Positions 10,919 to 22,142 of a DNA stretch of 64,000 bases are shown piece after piece. The number at the start of each line of letters is the position of its first letter. Within the stretch, counting starts at the first letter, position 1. The notes beneath the pieces were generated by a model, which made no database searches, was not told where the DNA came from, and saw nothing but the letters and a program-made list of their open reading frames with translations. This DNA comes from Candidatus Sericytochromatia bacterium. Its GTDB lineage: Bacteria; Cyanobacteriota; Sericytochromatia; UBA7694. The stretch lies in NCBI GenBank assembly GCA_964229355.1, contig CAXRDE010000023.1:195125-259124 (forward strand), written 5' to 3'. The translations under genes and the position numbers were made by a program.

Positions 10919-11376
10919 GCTTTTCCAGAGCTGCCAAAACCCTTGTCTCCCCGAGGGTTTTGGGGTTCAAAGGCCGCGGCAACCTCTACCACTTCGGTGA
11001 TGCGCGCGCACACCTGAAATACCAATTGCGCAATTTTATCCCCCGCATCAAAGTGACGCTTCTCTTGACCGTGGTTATATAGCTTGATCATAAGTTCACC
11101 GGTGTAGTTGGGGTCAACCACACCAGCTCCTTTTTCAATATTGCTTTTGACAGACAAACCCGACTTGGACCAGACAAAACACCCCAGTTGAAAATGGGTT
11201 TGCCAGGCCTCGGGTAAAGGGGGAATATGGACTTGCAAACCTGTATTTACCACCGTAGAATCCTGGGGTTCTAACGTAAAAGCGTGTAAACAATGCACAT
11301 CCACCCCCAGGTCCCCGGCATAGGCTATCCGGGGAATAATCGCTTCAGGATGAAGCTTATGAAAAGCAATTTTCAT
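10915..11376 (-). CDS. dut: dUTP diphosphatase
   Basis: 153 aa with the dUTPase motifs [18 protein letters not shown] and C-terminal [10 protein letters not shown]. Its stop shares the TTAA at 10915-10918 with the metH stop. Confidence 0.9.
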   Translation of the reverse strand: MKIAFHKLHPEAIIPRIAYAGDLGVDVHCLHAFTLEPQDSTVVNTGLQVHIPPLPEAWQTHFQLGCFVWSKSGLSVKSNIEKGAGVVDPNYTGELMIKLYNHGQEKRHFDAGDKIAQLVFQVCARITEVVEVAAAFEPQNPRGDKGFGSSGKA

Positions 11377-11495
11377 GACGATTCCTCACTCTGTGTTTTA
11401 ACGAAGTATAAAGTAAGTCTCTCTGTTTTTCGTGCTAAAATTGCTTACAGAAGTCGTCACATCATAGAAATTTAAATTTTCAGAAACAAGGCTAC

Positions 11496-12248
11496 ATGTT
11501 CAAACTATTCCGAGCAATCTCCGAAAACAAGCAACTTACTCTTCTGGTACAACGGCTTAAAATAGAGAACAAAAACGCATTGGAAAAAGTTGAGCAACTC
11601 CAAAAAGAGCTCAACCAAACCCGGGCGACCCTGGGCAAAGTGCAAATTCGTCAAGCCGAGGCCCTTTCTCAACAACGCAGCCTTGAAGAACGCATGGGCA
11701 AAGCCCGCAAAGGCTATCGTGAAATGCAGTTGCGTCTGCAAACCTCTGAGCAAAACCTGCTGGCAGCCAAAGAAGAAATTCTTAAGCTAAAAGCCGAAAC
11801 GCCCCCTGCAGATGAAGTGACACCTCAAGCTACTGCTTCCGCGCTTAAACAACCGCGTCCTGTGAAAGCCCCGAAAGAAACCCACATTCTTCTGGTGGAC
11901 GACTCTTTGACCACACAAACGCTGATGAAACGCATCTTAGAAGCTGCTCAATATACCGTCACCGTGGCCAAAGATGGTCCTGAAGGTCAGGATTTAACCG
12001 AACAATTGCGTCCTGATCTGATTATTGCTGACGAAAAAATGCCCCAAATGAATGGTTTTGAACTCAATACCTGGCTAAAAACCCAGGAGACCATTGCAGA
12101 CACCCCCTTGCTTCTGATGACGTCTCACGCCGATGATGCCTTCAAAGAAAAAGTCACCACTGCCGATATTCAGGGCTATATCAACAAAGCCAACTTTAAC
12201 CAGGAAAAATTTTTAAAAGTCGTGAAAGAAACCCTTTCGCATACTTGA
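11496..12248 (+). CDS. response-regulator receiver (CheY-like REC) protein with N-terminal coiled-coil
   Basis: The C-terminal ~120 aa is HILLVDDSLTTQTLMKRIL...DLIIADEKMPQMNGFEL...LLLMTSH..., a REC-domain pattern with the phospho-acceptor Asp in context. The N-terminal ~110 aa is a heptad-rich coiled coil. There is no output domain and no adjacent kinase. Confidence 0.65.
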   Translation: MFKLFRAISENKQLTLLVQRLKIENKNALEKVEQLQKELNQTRATLGKVQIRQAEALSQQRSLEERMGKARKGYREMQLRLQTSEQNLLAAKEEILKLKAETPPADEVTPQATASALKQPRPVKAPKETHILLVDDSLTTQTLMKRILEAAQYTVTVAKDGPEGQDLTEQLRPDLIIADEKMPQMNGFELNTWLKTQETIADTPLLLMTSHADDAFKEKVTTADIQGYINKANFNQEKFLKVVKETLSHT

Positions 12249-12274
12249 TTCCTAAAATTCAAAGATGATATGAT
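12245..12274 (+). promoter_or_regulatory. candidate sigma70-type promoter for the flagellin gene
   Basis: TTGATT at 12245-12250, an 18-nt spacer, then TATGAT at 12269-12274. This is about 55 nt upstream of the flagellin ATG, and a GGAGG SD sits at 12319-12323. No TAAA-N15-GCCGATAA (sigma28) match was seen. Confidence 0.25.
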
Positions 12275-12329
12275 GCTTTTATGACACAGGACGTGTCTAT
12301 CTTTTTAATCGTTTCATGGAGGAAACACA

Positions 12330-13541
12330 ATGCCTATTCGCATTAATACCAATATTGCGTCTTTGAACGCACAGCGGAATCTGGGCCGTACCAACCAGAT
12401 GCTCAACAAAACCCTCGAAAGACTGTCTTCTGGCTTACGCATTAATAAAGCAGCTGATGACGCCGCAGGTCTGGCCGTAGCCGAAAAGCTGAACACCCAG
12501 GTGCGGGGCTTTTCTCAGGGTATTGCCAACGGCCAAGATGCCATCAACCTCATTGCCACTGCAGAATCAGGGATCGATCAAACCACCCAGATTCTACAGC
12601 GTATGCGCGAGCTGTCCATTCAAGCTGCCAGCGATACCTTAGTCAACAAGGACCGCGAAAAAATCCAGGTAGAAATCGACGAACTGCGGGAAGAACTGAC
12701 CCGTATTGCAGAAAGCACCGAGTTCAACACCCGCTCACTGCTAGATGGTTCAATTGCGAGCTCAGCTTACGCTGAAGACGCCAGCATTGACATTGAGCAG
12801 AACGCACGCGTGGGCTCTACCAGCTTAAATGACGCCATTACCTCTGCAACCGTTTTAACCACCGCCAATGCAGACGCAGCCTTCCAATTCAAATTTGTCG
12901 CCACCCAGGCCAGTGCCACGGCACCGATTTCTGTGGGTCTGGAAATCCGTTCTTCTGACGGGGGTATTCTCACCACCATTGCTGATGTAAGTGGCGCAAG
13001 TGCTGTAGCGCTGACCGTTAACGGAACCGTCATGGGAACCGTTAACCTGTCTACGGCTAACGTTACCCTGTCCGATATCGGTAAGACGGCACTTGTCCAG
13101 TTGACCTCTCAGCGCGCGGCGGTTACTGCAGACAATGCCTTAACCTTCCACGTGGGCGCCAACGAAGGCCAGTTCCTCAAAATGGGTGTACAAGACCTGC
13201 GGGCTTCTGCGCTGCGTCTGGAAACCATCAGCATTGAGGGAACCACCGACGAAGATAGCCGTGTGAAAGCACAAAATGCTATCGGAGTAGTAGATGCCGC
13301 TCTGGACTACGTCAACACCGTACGCTCTCGTCTCGGAGCCTTCCAGAACCGCGTGGAGTACAGCATTTCTAACATGCAGGTGGCTCGCGAGAACCTGGCA
13401 GCTTCTGAATCCCGCATTCGCGACGCTGACATTGCTGCTGAAACCGCAAACCTGACCCGTGCACAAATTCTGGTTCAGGCCGGTACCGCCGTACTGACCC
13501 AGGCCAATATCACGCCACAGTCAGCCCTCAACCTGCTCTAA
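12330..13541 (+). CDS. fliC: flagellin
   Basis: The N-terminus MPIRINTNIASLNAQRNLGRTNQMLNKTLERLSSGLRINKAADDAAGLAVAEKL and the C-terminus ...LTQANITPQSALNLL match the flagellin D0/D1 domains, with a variable T/S/A-rich centre. A strong GGAGG SD precedes it. Confidence 0.85.
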   Translation: MPIRINTNIASLNAQRNLGRTNQMLNKTLERLSSGLRINKAADDAAGLAVAEKLNTQVRGFSQGIANGQDAINLIATAESGIDQTTQILQRMRELSIQAASDTLVNKDREKIQVEIDELREELTRIAESTEFNTRSLLDGSIASSAYAEDASIDIEQNARVGSTSLNDAITSATVLTTANADAAFQFKFVATQASATAPISVGLEIRSSDGGILTTIADVSGASAVALTVNGTVMGTVNLSTANVTLSDIGKTALVQLTSQRAAVTADNALTFHVGANEGQFLKMGVQDLRASALRLETISIEGTTDEDSRVKAQNAIGVVDAALDYVNTVRSRLGAFQNRVEYSISNMQVARENLAASESRIRDADIAAETANLTRAQILVQAGTAVLTQANITPQSALNLL

Positions 13542-13558
13542 AGAACAGCGTATAAATA

Positions 13559-13596
13559 AAAGCCTGGTGCCACGAATTAGCATCAGGCTTTTTTAA
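13559..13596 (+). terminator. rho-independent terminator after flagellin
   Basis: GCCTGGTGC-cacgaatta-GCATCAGGC forms a 9-bp stem with one G·U wobble, followed by TTTTTT. It sits 20 nt after the fliC stop. Confidence 0.6.
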
Positions 13597-13606
13597 TGGA
13601 ATGCCT

Positions 13607-14017
13607 TCAGGTTTGCTCCCGTAAAAACCGCGGCAAATCGTCTTGAATCACACACCACTTGCGCGCCTGGATGGTGTAAATGTGATAAGTGGGAGAGACC
13701 CGATCGGGCTGATCTAAAGAGGCAATCGCCAGGGTTAAATAGTCGGGGTGTTGCACATGGCGAAAAGTCAGGGTGGAACCACACTGCCCACAGAACCCAC
13801 GACGCACGTCTGATGAAGAGGCATATTCCCGAGGTTGGGAGCTCAACCACAGCACATCTTTGTGTAAAAAGTCCATCCAGGCCATAACCGGTGCACCGGC
13901 GATCTTTTGGCAATGCCGACAATGACAATAGTCCGCCGCAAAGGGCAAGCCCTGCACCTGATAACGGATCGCCCCACAGAGACATCCACCATGTAAAATA
14001 TCCGTCACCACTTCCAC
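13607..14017 (-). CDS. GFA (glutathione-dependent formaldehyde-activating / CENP-V) family protein
   Basis: Has the Zn-binding Cys cluster CLCGAIRYQV...CHCRHCQKIAGAP...RRGFCGQCGSTLTF characteristic of the GFA domain. Confidence 0.7.
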   Translation of the reverse strand: MEVVTDILHGGCLCGAIRYQVQGLPFAADYCHCRHCQKIAGAPVMAWMDFLHKDVLWLSSQPREYASSSDVRRGFCGQCGSTLTFRHVQHPDYLTLAIASLDQPDRVSPTYHIYTIQARKWCVIQDDLPRFLREQT

Positions 14018-14090
14018 CTGTTTTTCCTCCCAGAAGAAAAGCCCGTTCCACCTGGATGGAATGGGCTTTTAAATCTTGTTTTAAATGTGA

Positions 14091-15407
14091 TTAACAGAGC
14101 ACAAGATTATTGCTCTCTTCAGGCTTTTCCGCCTGAACAGTCACCCGGCAAATATTTGCACCCAGACCGGCCAATTTATGTTCAAAGTTTTCATAGCCGC
14201 GGTCTAGATAGTGCAGGTTAGACACTGAAGTTTCACCATCAGCAATCAAGCCCGCTAAAACAAGCGCAGCAGCAGCGCGCAAATCAGTGCCCTGAACGGG
14301 TGCACCAGAGAGTTCCGCATTGCCTAAAATGGTAACGGTACGTCCTTCGACGCGCATCTGAGATCCCATGCGCAGCATTTCATCCACATACATAAAGCGG
14401 TTTTCAAAAACGGTTTCCGTAATGGAACTGGTACCGTCAGCAACCGCCAGTAATACAGCCATTTGCGCCTGCATATCGGTCGGAAAACCGGGGTGAGGCA
14501 TGGTGCGAATATGTACAGGGCGAATAGGCTGGTTGCCACGCACGCGCAAGGTTTCTTGATCCAGCACGTCGATGGTTACATTGGCTTCTCTTAAGGTTGC
14601 AATCAGTGAGTCCATGGCGGTTACAGGGGCTTTTTCAACAATGACATCGCCCTGGGTGATGGCTGCTGCCACCATAAAGGTACCAGCTTCAATGCGGTCA
14701 GGCATAACCGAATAACGAATGGGTTGCTTTAAAGCTTTCACGCCTTCGATCACGATGGTATCGCTACCAGCACCGGAAATCTGAGCACCCATGGCGTTTA
14801 AGAAATTCGCCAAATCTTCAATCTCAGGCTCACGGGCGACGTTGCGCAAGTGGGTTTGGCCTTCTGCCAGACAGGCAGCCATCATCAGGTTTTCAGTGGC
14901 GCCCACACTGGGGAAAGAAAGGGTGATATCAGCGCCTTTTAAGGGACCCTGGGTTTCAACAATAACATTACCGTGTTCAATCTCAATGCTGGCACCCATG
15001 GCTTCTAAGCCTTTTAAATGGATGTCTACGGGACGAGAGCCAATGGCACAACCACCGGGGAGCGCCACTTCAGCACGTCCCATACGGGCCACAAGGGGTC
15101 CTAAAACGAAGAAAGAAGCACGCATCTGGGTCACCAAATCATAGGGTGCTTTACTGGCGTTTAAACCACGAGCGTCAACTTCAAGGGTATGGTGACTGGT
15201 AAACGTTGCTTTCGCACCCAGACTCTGTAAGACTTCGGCCATGATTTCGATGTCTGCCAGACGGGGTACATTGTCTAAGATGATAATATCCTGGGTTCCC
15301 AGTAAGGAAGCGGCCATCAGGACGAGGGCAGAATTTTTCGCTCCGTTAATCGTAACTTTTCCCTTGAGGGTGTTGCCACCCTGTATAAGTAAACGCTCAA
15401 GACTCAT
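14091..15407 (-). CDS. murA: UDP-N-acetylglucosamine 1-carboxyvinyltransferase
   Basis: [36 protein letters not shown] matches the MurA N-terminus, and the catalytic Cys sits in the context [13 protein letters not shown]. The start is taken at the internal Met (MSLERL); the track start is 15428. Confidence 0.9.
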   Translation of the reverse strand: MSLERLLIQGGNTLKGKVTINGAKNSALVLMAASLLGTQDIIILDNVPRLADIEIMAEVLQSLGAKATFTSHHTLEVDARGLNASKAPYDLVTQMRASFFVLGPLVARMGRAEVALPGGCAIGSRPVDIHLKGLEAMGASIEIEHGNVIVETQGPLKGADITLSFPSVGATENLMMAACLAEGQTHLRNVAREPEIEDLANFLNAMGAQISGAGSDTIVIEGVKALKQPIRYSVMPDRIEAGTFMVAAAITQGDVIVEKAPVTAMDSLIATLREANVTIDVLDQETLRVRGNQPIRPVHIRTMPHPGFPTDMQAQMAVLLAVADGTSSITETVFENRFMYVDEMLRMGSQMRVEGRTVTILGNAELSGAPVQGTDLRAAAALVLAGLIADGETSVSNLHYLDRGYENFEHKLAGLGANICRVTVQAEKPEESNNLVLC

Positions 15408-15574
15408 TTTGCTCTTTATTCCATTCAATTTCTAATTCAGCTGCTGTACTCTTCATCATGCTGAATATTGGGGTGATTCTCAGTGATTATAACCACAACA
15501 CATAAAGATTTTTTTATTTTGCTAAATCCTGTTAAACATCAAAAATGTGGTTAAGAATGAGTTAAACTAAGGCT

Positions 15575-15583
15575 ATTATACCA
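15575..15583 (-). promoter_or_regulatory. candidate extended -10 promoter (TGGTATAAT) upstream of murA
   Basis: On the minus strand, TGGTATAAT is the reverse complement of 15575-15583. It lies inside a 250-bp AT-rich intergenic region, about 170 nt upstream of the murA start. Confidence 0.3.
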
Positions 15584-15680
15584 TAAAATTGCTGAAACCA
15601 CGCAGTGCGTCAAGAGGTTTCGTAACAATTATTAATATCATCCCATCCAGCGCGAGATAAAACAAGAAGATCGCGGGGAT

Positions 15681-16211
15681 CTAAGGCTTAAAACACGAAG
15701 GTTTCAGGGGTTTCATACCTTGCTGGGCCGTGCGAGACAGCTTTAAAAAACCATGGGTTTCTGTTTTTAAAAGGGTAAAAAACCGGGTGGGCTGCAATTG
15801 CTTTTCGCCCTGGCAATTTTGCGCCAAAAGACGGTTGAATTGCCCCAGAGAAACCTTTTGCTCTGCGTATTGCGAAAGCAACGCCAGAAAAATGCGCTGA
15901 CGTAAATACTCAGGCATATCCAGACGCCATTTTAATAAGACACTATGTACCTGACGATTTTTTACCGCAAACTCTAGCACTGCCCACTCGGCATGAGACT
16001 GGGGGTCATAGAAATAAAGATGGGGGTCACGCGCGGTTAAGGGGGCCCCTTGCCAGGTGGCGCGGGTTACAAAACCCTGTTCTACAAAGGGCAGTAAGGT
16101 TTCCAGACGATAGGGATCTCCCAGGCGGGCCTGAGCTGAACCACACACAAAAAACGCAAAAAGCGCCCAAAGCCAGACATATCGACTTACTTTGGACGCT
16201 TTAAACATCAC
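15681..16211 (-). CDS. hypothetical secreted protein
   Basis: 176 aa with an N-terminal signal peptide (VWLWALFAFFVCGSAQA). Its start is 7 nt downstream of the atpC stop on the same strand, so it is probably co-transcribed with the atp cluster. Confidence 0.4.
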   Translation of the reverse strand: MMFKASKVSRYVWLWALFAFFVCGSAQARLGDPYRLETLLPFVEQGFVTRATWQGAPLTARDPHLYFYDPQSHAEWAVLEFAVKNRQVHSVLLKWRLDMPEYLRQRIFLALLSQYAEQKVSLGQFNRLLAQNCQGEKQLQPTRFFTLLKTETHGFLKLSRTAQQGMKPLKPSCFKP

Positions 16212-16217
16212 GTAAAC

Positions 16218-16655
16218 TTAGCGTGTGGGACGGCTTTTGCGATGCTTCAACAGTTCAGCAACACGCAAGCGCATCCGCGCTCTTTGTAATGACGCCATGG
16301 AACGGGCACGATCCACAGCCTCAGAACCGGCAGATTCGCTCAGACGAACCTGGGCACGATCTGCGGCCTGTTTGGCACGTAACTCGTCCAGGTCGCCCGA
16401 TTGCTCAGCGCTTTCGGTCAGCACTGTCGCATGGTTGTTATGAAATTCGAGAATGCCACCCATGGTGGTGATAAAATCACGCTGGCCGTTTTTTTGGTAC
16501 TCAAGGTAACCAATATCCACCAGCATAAACACGGGCACGTGACCCGGCAGAATTCCCAATGAGCCGCTGGGGCCCATTACAGACAAGAAATCTACCGTTT
16601 CACTTAAGAGTGCACCAGTGGGGGTGACCACGTCTAACTGAATGCTTCGACTCAT
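16218..16655 (-). CDS. atpC: F-type ATP synthase subunit epsilon
   Basis: 145 aa. The N-terminal beta-sandwich region (LDVVTPTGALLSETVDFLSVMGPSGSLGILPGHVP) and the C-terminal helical hairpin match epsilon. It follows atpD. Confidence 0.8.
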   Translation of the reverse strand: MSRSIQLDVVTPTGALLSETVDFLSVMGPSGSLGILPGHVPVFMLVDIGYLEYQKNGQRDFITTMGGILEFHNNHATVLTESAEQSGDLDELRAKQAADRAQVRLSESAGSEAVDRARSMASLQRARMRLRVAELLKHRKSRPTR

Positions 16656-16663
16656 GTCACCTA

Positions 16664-18969
<2,306 letters not shown>

Positions 18970-18972
18970 AAT

Positions 18973-20490
18973 TTACCCCTTATAAACGCTTTCTTTAAAC
19001 GCTTTCAGGGCTTGTTTTAATTTGTCTTCGGTTTCTTCGCCGTGAAGGGCACCGGTTTCAGTGATTTTTGCTTCGATATCAGGGTGGTTGGTATCGAGGT
19101 AAGCAAAGAATTGCTTACGGAAAGCGTCGATTTGTTTGTAATCCACGTCATCGGTATAACCCTGAGTGACCGCGTAAATTTGAATCACCATTTTACCCAA
19201 AGAGTAAGGTGCGTTTACGGGCTGTTTCAGAATCTCGGTCAAACGCTGTCCCCGAGCCAATTGGTTCTGGGTGGCTTTGTCAAGGTCAGAAGCAAACTGT
19301 GCGAAAGCAGCCAGCTCACGGAACTGAGCCAATTCCAGACGCATGGGACCTGAAATCTTCTTCATGGCTTTGGTTTGCGCAGCACCCCCTACCCGTGATA
19401 CCGAAATACCGGAGTTGATCGCAGGACGGATACCGGCGTTAAACAAGTCTGTTTCTAAGAAGATCTGACCATCGGTAATCGAAATAACGTTGGTGGGAAT
19501 AAAGGCAGTTACGTCGTTGGCCTGGGTTTCAACGATAGGCAGCGCGGTCAAAGAACCGGCGCCTTCTTTATCGCTCAACTTGGCAGCGCGCTCAAGCAGA
19601 CGAGAGTGCAGATAGAAAACGTCACCAGGATACGCTTCACGTCCGGGAGGACGACGCATCAGCAGAGACATTTCACGATAAGCCGCAGCTTGCTTGGTTA
19701 AGTCATCATACACACACAGCACGTGGCCGCCTTTGTACATGAAGTACTCACCCATCGCGCAACCGGCGTAAGGAGAAAGGAACTGCAGTGCAGGGGCATC
19801 GTTTGCGTTTGCAGCCACAACGATGGTGTACTCCATGGCACCGTGATCTTCGAGGGTTTTAATCACGTTGGCAACGTTAGAGGCCCGTTGACCGATCGCC
19901 ACGTAAACGCAGATACAATTTTGACCTTTTTGGTTCAGGATCGCGTCTACGGCCACAGAGGTTTTACCGGTTTGACGGTCACCAATGATCAGCTCCCGTT
20001 GACCGCGGCCAATGGGAATCATTGAGTCTACAGCGGTAATACCGGTTTGCAGGGGTTCGTGAACGGATTTACGGGCAATAATACCCGGTGCAGGGGATTC
20101 AACTTTGCGGTATTCGGCAGCTTCAATCGGGCCTTTACCATCTAAAGGGTTACCCAAACAGTCCACCACACGACCCAGCAGGGCTTCACCCACAGGAACT
20201 TCGACCACGCGGCCGGTGGTTTTGACCACGTGACCTTCTTTAATGTCGCGGCCAGTACCAAAAATTACGGATCCGACACTGTCTTCTTCTAAGTTAAACA
20301 CCATTCCCACGGTGCCGTTGCCGAAGTCTAACAGTTCACCCGCCATGGCTTTTTCTAAACCATGAATACGGGCAATACCGTCGCCTACGCTGAGAACGGT
20401 TCCGGTGGAAGAGTCACTGAGTTGTTGTTCATAATTTGCAATTTGCTGCTTTAAAATATTGGTAATTTCATCGGGTTGAATGCTCAACAT
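18973..20490 (-). CDS. atpA: F-type ATP synthase subunit alpha
   Basis: 505 aa with the Walker A motif GDRQTGKT and the conserved blocks of subunit alpha. Confidence 0.95.
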   Translation of the reverse strand: MLSIQPDEITNILKQQIANYEQQLSDSSTGTVLSVGDGIARIHGLEKAMAGELLDFGNGTVGMVFNLEEDSVGSVIFGTGRDIKEGHVVKTTGRVVEVPVGEALLGRVVDCLGNPLDGKGPIEAAEYRKVESPAPGIIARKSVHEPLQTGITAVDSMIPIGRGQRELIIGDRQTGKTSVAVDAILNQKGQNCICVYVAIGQRASNVANVIKTLEDHGAMEYTIVVAANANDAPALQFLSPYAGCAMGEYFMYKGGHVLCVYDDLTKQAAAYREMSLLMRRPPGREAYPGDVFYLHSRLLERAAKLSDKEGAGSLTALPIVETQANDVTAFIPTNVISITDGQIFLETDLFNAGIRPAINSGISVSRVGGAAQTKAMKKISGPMRLELAQFRELAAFAQFASDLDKATQNQLARGQRLTEILKQPVNAPYSLGKMVIQIYAVTQGYTDDVDYKQIDAFRKQFFAYLDTNHPDIEAKITETGALHGEETEDKLKQALKAFKESVYKG

Positions 20491-20525
20491 ACTAGAAATG
20501 TGCCTTTCTTTGATTAAATATCACC

Positions 20526-21059
20526 CTACACCAGAGCCTGGGCGAGGTTATTCAGCTGAGTTTTGAGAGAACCATCAATCATACGATCACCAATTTTGAT
20601 GGTGACGCCCCCAAGCAATGCGGGGTCAGTATGACAGTTCATGACGACTTGCTGTCCAAGGTATTCTTCAAGCTGCTGCTTGAGAATTGCTTCGGTTTTT
20701 TTGAACATGGGAACCGCTGTTACCACGTCCGTAATCACGGTCTTATTGCTGGCATTGAGTAAGCGTGTGTACTCGGCTGCAATTTCAGCCAGGTGATCTT
20801 CACGTTTTTTGTCCACCAGCAGACACAAAAAATGCAAAAGTTGGTCAGGAATTTTTCCTGAGAACAATTGCTGAATCATCTGCTTTTTATCTTCTTTTCT
20901 CACCACAGGGTGATGCAAGATGCGACCAAAATCAGGATGTTCTTTCATCATCTCCAGGATATCATCGAGGATACCGCCAAATTTGGCTTCCTGACGCTGC
21001 TCCTGAGCCAGTTGAAAAAGTGCCTGGGCGTAGCGCTCTGCTACGACTTTATTTTTCAT
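20526..21059 (-). CDS. atpH: F-type ATP synthase subunit delta (OSCP)
   Basis: 177 aa starting MKNKVVAERYAQALFQLA, an OSCP-like N-terminus. It lies between b and alpha. Confidence 0.8.
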   Translation of the reverse strand: MKNKVVAERYAQALFQLAQEQRQEAKFGGILDDILEMMKEHPDFGRILHHPVVRKEDKKQMIQQLFSGKIPDQLLHFLCLLVDKKREDHLAEIAAEYTRLLNASNKTVITDVVTAVPMFKKTEAILKQQLEEYLGQQVVMNCHTDPALLGGVTIKIGDRMIDGSLKTQLNNLAQALV

Positions 21060-21553
21060 GAGGTGTACTCCTTGAAGCCCTTAAGCGTATAAGCAAAGTC
21101 CTCGACCAGCTCAGAGTGTCCAAGCTTGTTGAGATCTTGCTCAATTAAGTTTTGTGCGTTGGCCATGACTTGTTCCACAAGCTCCTGGCGCAGGTTCAAT
21201 CGCAAGTTATTGACTTCTTGTTCAATTTGACGATCAACGCGCACTCTTAAGGCTGCAATTTCAGCAGTGGTATCTGCCTTCATTTTTTCAGCAGCAGCCT
21301 TACCACGGGCTTCGGCTTCATCACGGATTGCCTGAATCTGAGGCGCTGCGTCACGAATTTGTGCACGGACAGCGTCCAGTTCGGCAGACATATCTGCCAG
21401 ATTTTTTTCTGTCTCTTCAATCGTCTGTACGATATCTTTGTGTTTATTCCCGATACCCTCTGACAAACGAGGCACCAGCAGTTTCCATAACAAGAAGGCC
21501 AGGATACCAAAGTTCAAAAGGTTTGAAATCACCATTAAAAGAAGGGGGCTCAT
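21056..21553 (-). CDS. atpF: F-type ATP synthase subunit b
   Basis: 165 aa with a single N-terminal TM helix followed by a long charged helix. It overlaps the atpH start by 4 nt. Confidence 0.65.
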   Translation of the reverse strand: MSPLLLMVISNLLNFGILAFLLWKLLVPRLSEGIGNKHKDIVQTIEETEKNLADMSAELDAVRAQIRDAAPQIQAIRDEAEARGKAAAEKMKADTTAEIAALRVRVDRQIEQEVNNLRLNLRQELVEQVMANAQNLIEQDLNKLGHSELVEDFAYTLKGFKEYTS

Positions 21554-21556
21554 TGT

Positions 21557-21997
21557 CTAAACACCTACTTCCTGGGTGGCTTTGGGAGTCAATTTAGCCA
21601 CGATTTGGTTTGCCAAAGGGGCAATCTGCGCGTTTAAGACTTTGCGCAGTTCAATTTCCTGCTGAGCCAATTGCTCGCGGGTTTCATTCATCTTAATATC
21701 TAGTTCTGCCTGAACGGCAGCCAGTTGCGCTTCACGCTCCTGATTTGCCTTTTCAATCTGGGCCGCTACCAGTTCAAAAGCATCCTGACGGGCCTGATCC
21801 AATTGTTGCTGGTGATCAGCACGCAGTTTTTTAAGTTCTGCGTGTTTGGCTTCCGTTTGTTGGATAGCCTGATCGAGACCGGACTGGCGTTCTTTTTGGA
21901 TCTTAATAATCGGCTGAAAGAAGATTTTGTTAAGAATAAATAAAAAGAAGAGAAAATTAATAAGTTGTATTACTATAGTTGCATCAAAAGAAACCAC
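21557..21997 (-). CDS. atpF2: F-type ATP synthase subunit b' (second b-type stator subunit)
   Basis: Begins VVSFDATIVIQLINFLFFLFIL (TM helix) and continues as a charged coiled coil. This is a second, distinct b-type subunit. The start is moved to the in-frame GTG, which has GGAG 7 nt upstream; the track start is 22015. Confidence 0.6.
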   Translation of the reverse strand: MVSFDATIVIQLINFLFFLFILNKIFFQPIIKIQKERQSGLDQAIQQTEAKHAELKKLRADHQQQLDQARQDAFELVAAQIEKANQEREAQLAAVQAELDIKMNETREQLAQQEIELRKVLNAQIAPLANQIVAKLTPKATQEVGV

Positions 21998-22030
21998 GTG
22001 TCTTCTCCATATCACATAAGTGGATGGTAA

Positions 22031-22039
22031 ATTATAACA
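22031..22039 (-). promoter_or_regulatory. candidate extended -10 promoter (TGTTATAAT) for the atp cluster
   Basis: On the minus strand, TGTTATAAT is the reverse complement of 22031-22039. It is about 30 nt upstream of the atpF' GTG. Confidence 0.3.
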
Positions 22040-22081
22040 CTAATCTTCGCTCGCTTGAGGGGTTTAAAACCTCCGAAACGC

Positions 22082-22109
22082 AAATAACCCCGTTTTTACG
22101 AGGTTATTT
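22082..22109. other. stable hairpin between the flgE-like gene and the atp promoter (possible terminator/insulator)
   Basis: AAATAACC-C-CGT-tttt-ACG-A-GGTTATTT forms an 8+3-bp stem. It has a T-run on the plus side and an A-run on the minus side. It lies 34 nt downstream of the 634-aa flgE-like stop. Confidence 0.25.
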
Positions 22110-22142
22110 TATGTTTTTATTTAGTTCAGGTTAAAGAAAAGC

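Noticed and set aside
13593-14051. 152-aa minus-strand ORF overlapping the GFA gene in another frame
   Set aside because: The overlapping frame 13607..14017 carries the complete GFA Cys-cluster signature, and this one has no recognisable features.
15429-15680. 250-bp AT-rich intergenic region screened for tRNA/sRNA or mobile-element ends
   Set aside because: No cloverleaf-compatible segments, no inverted terminal repeats and no direct repeats were seen. It is best explained as the murA promoter/leader plus the 3' UTR of the atp transcript.
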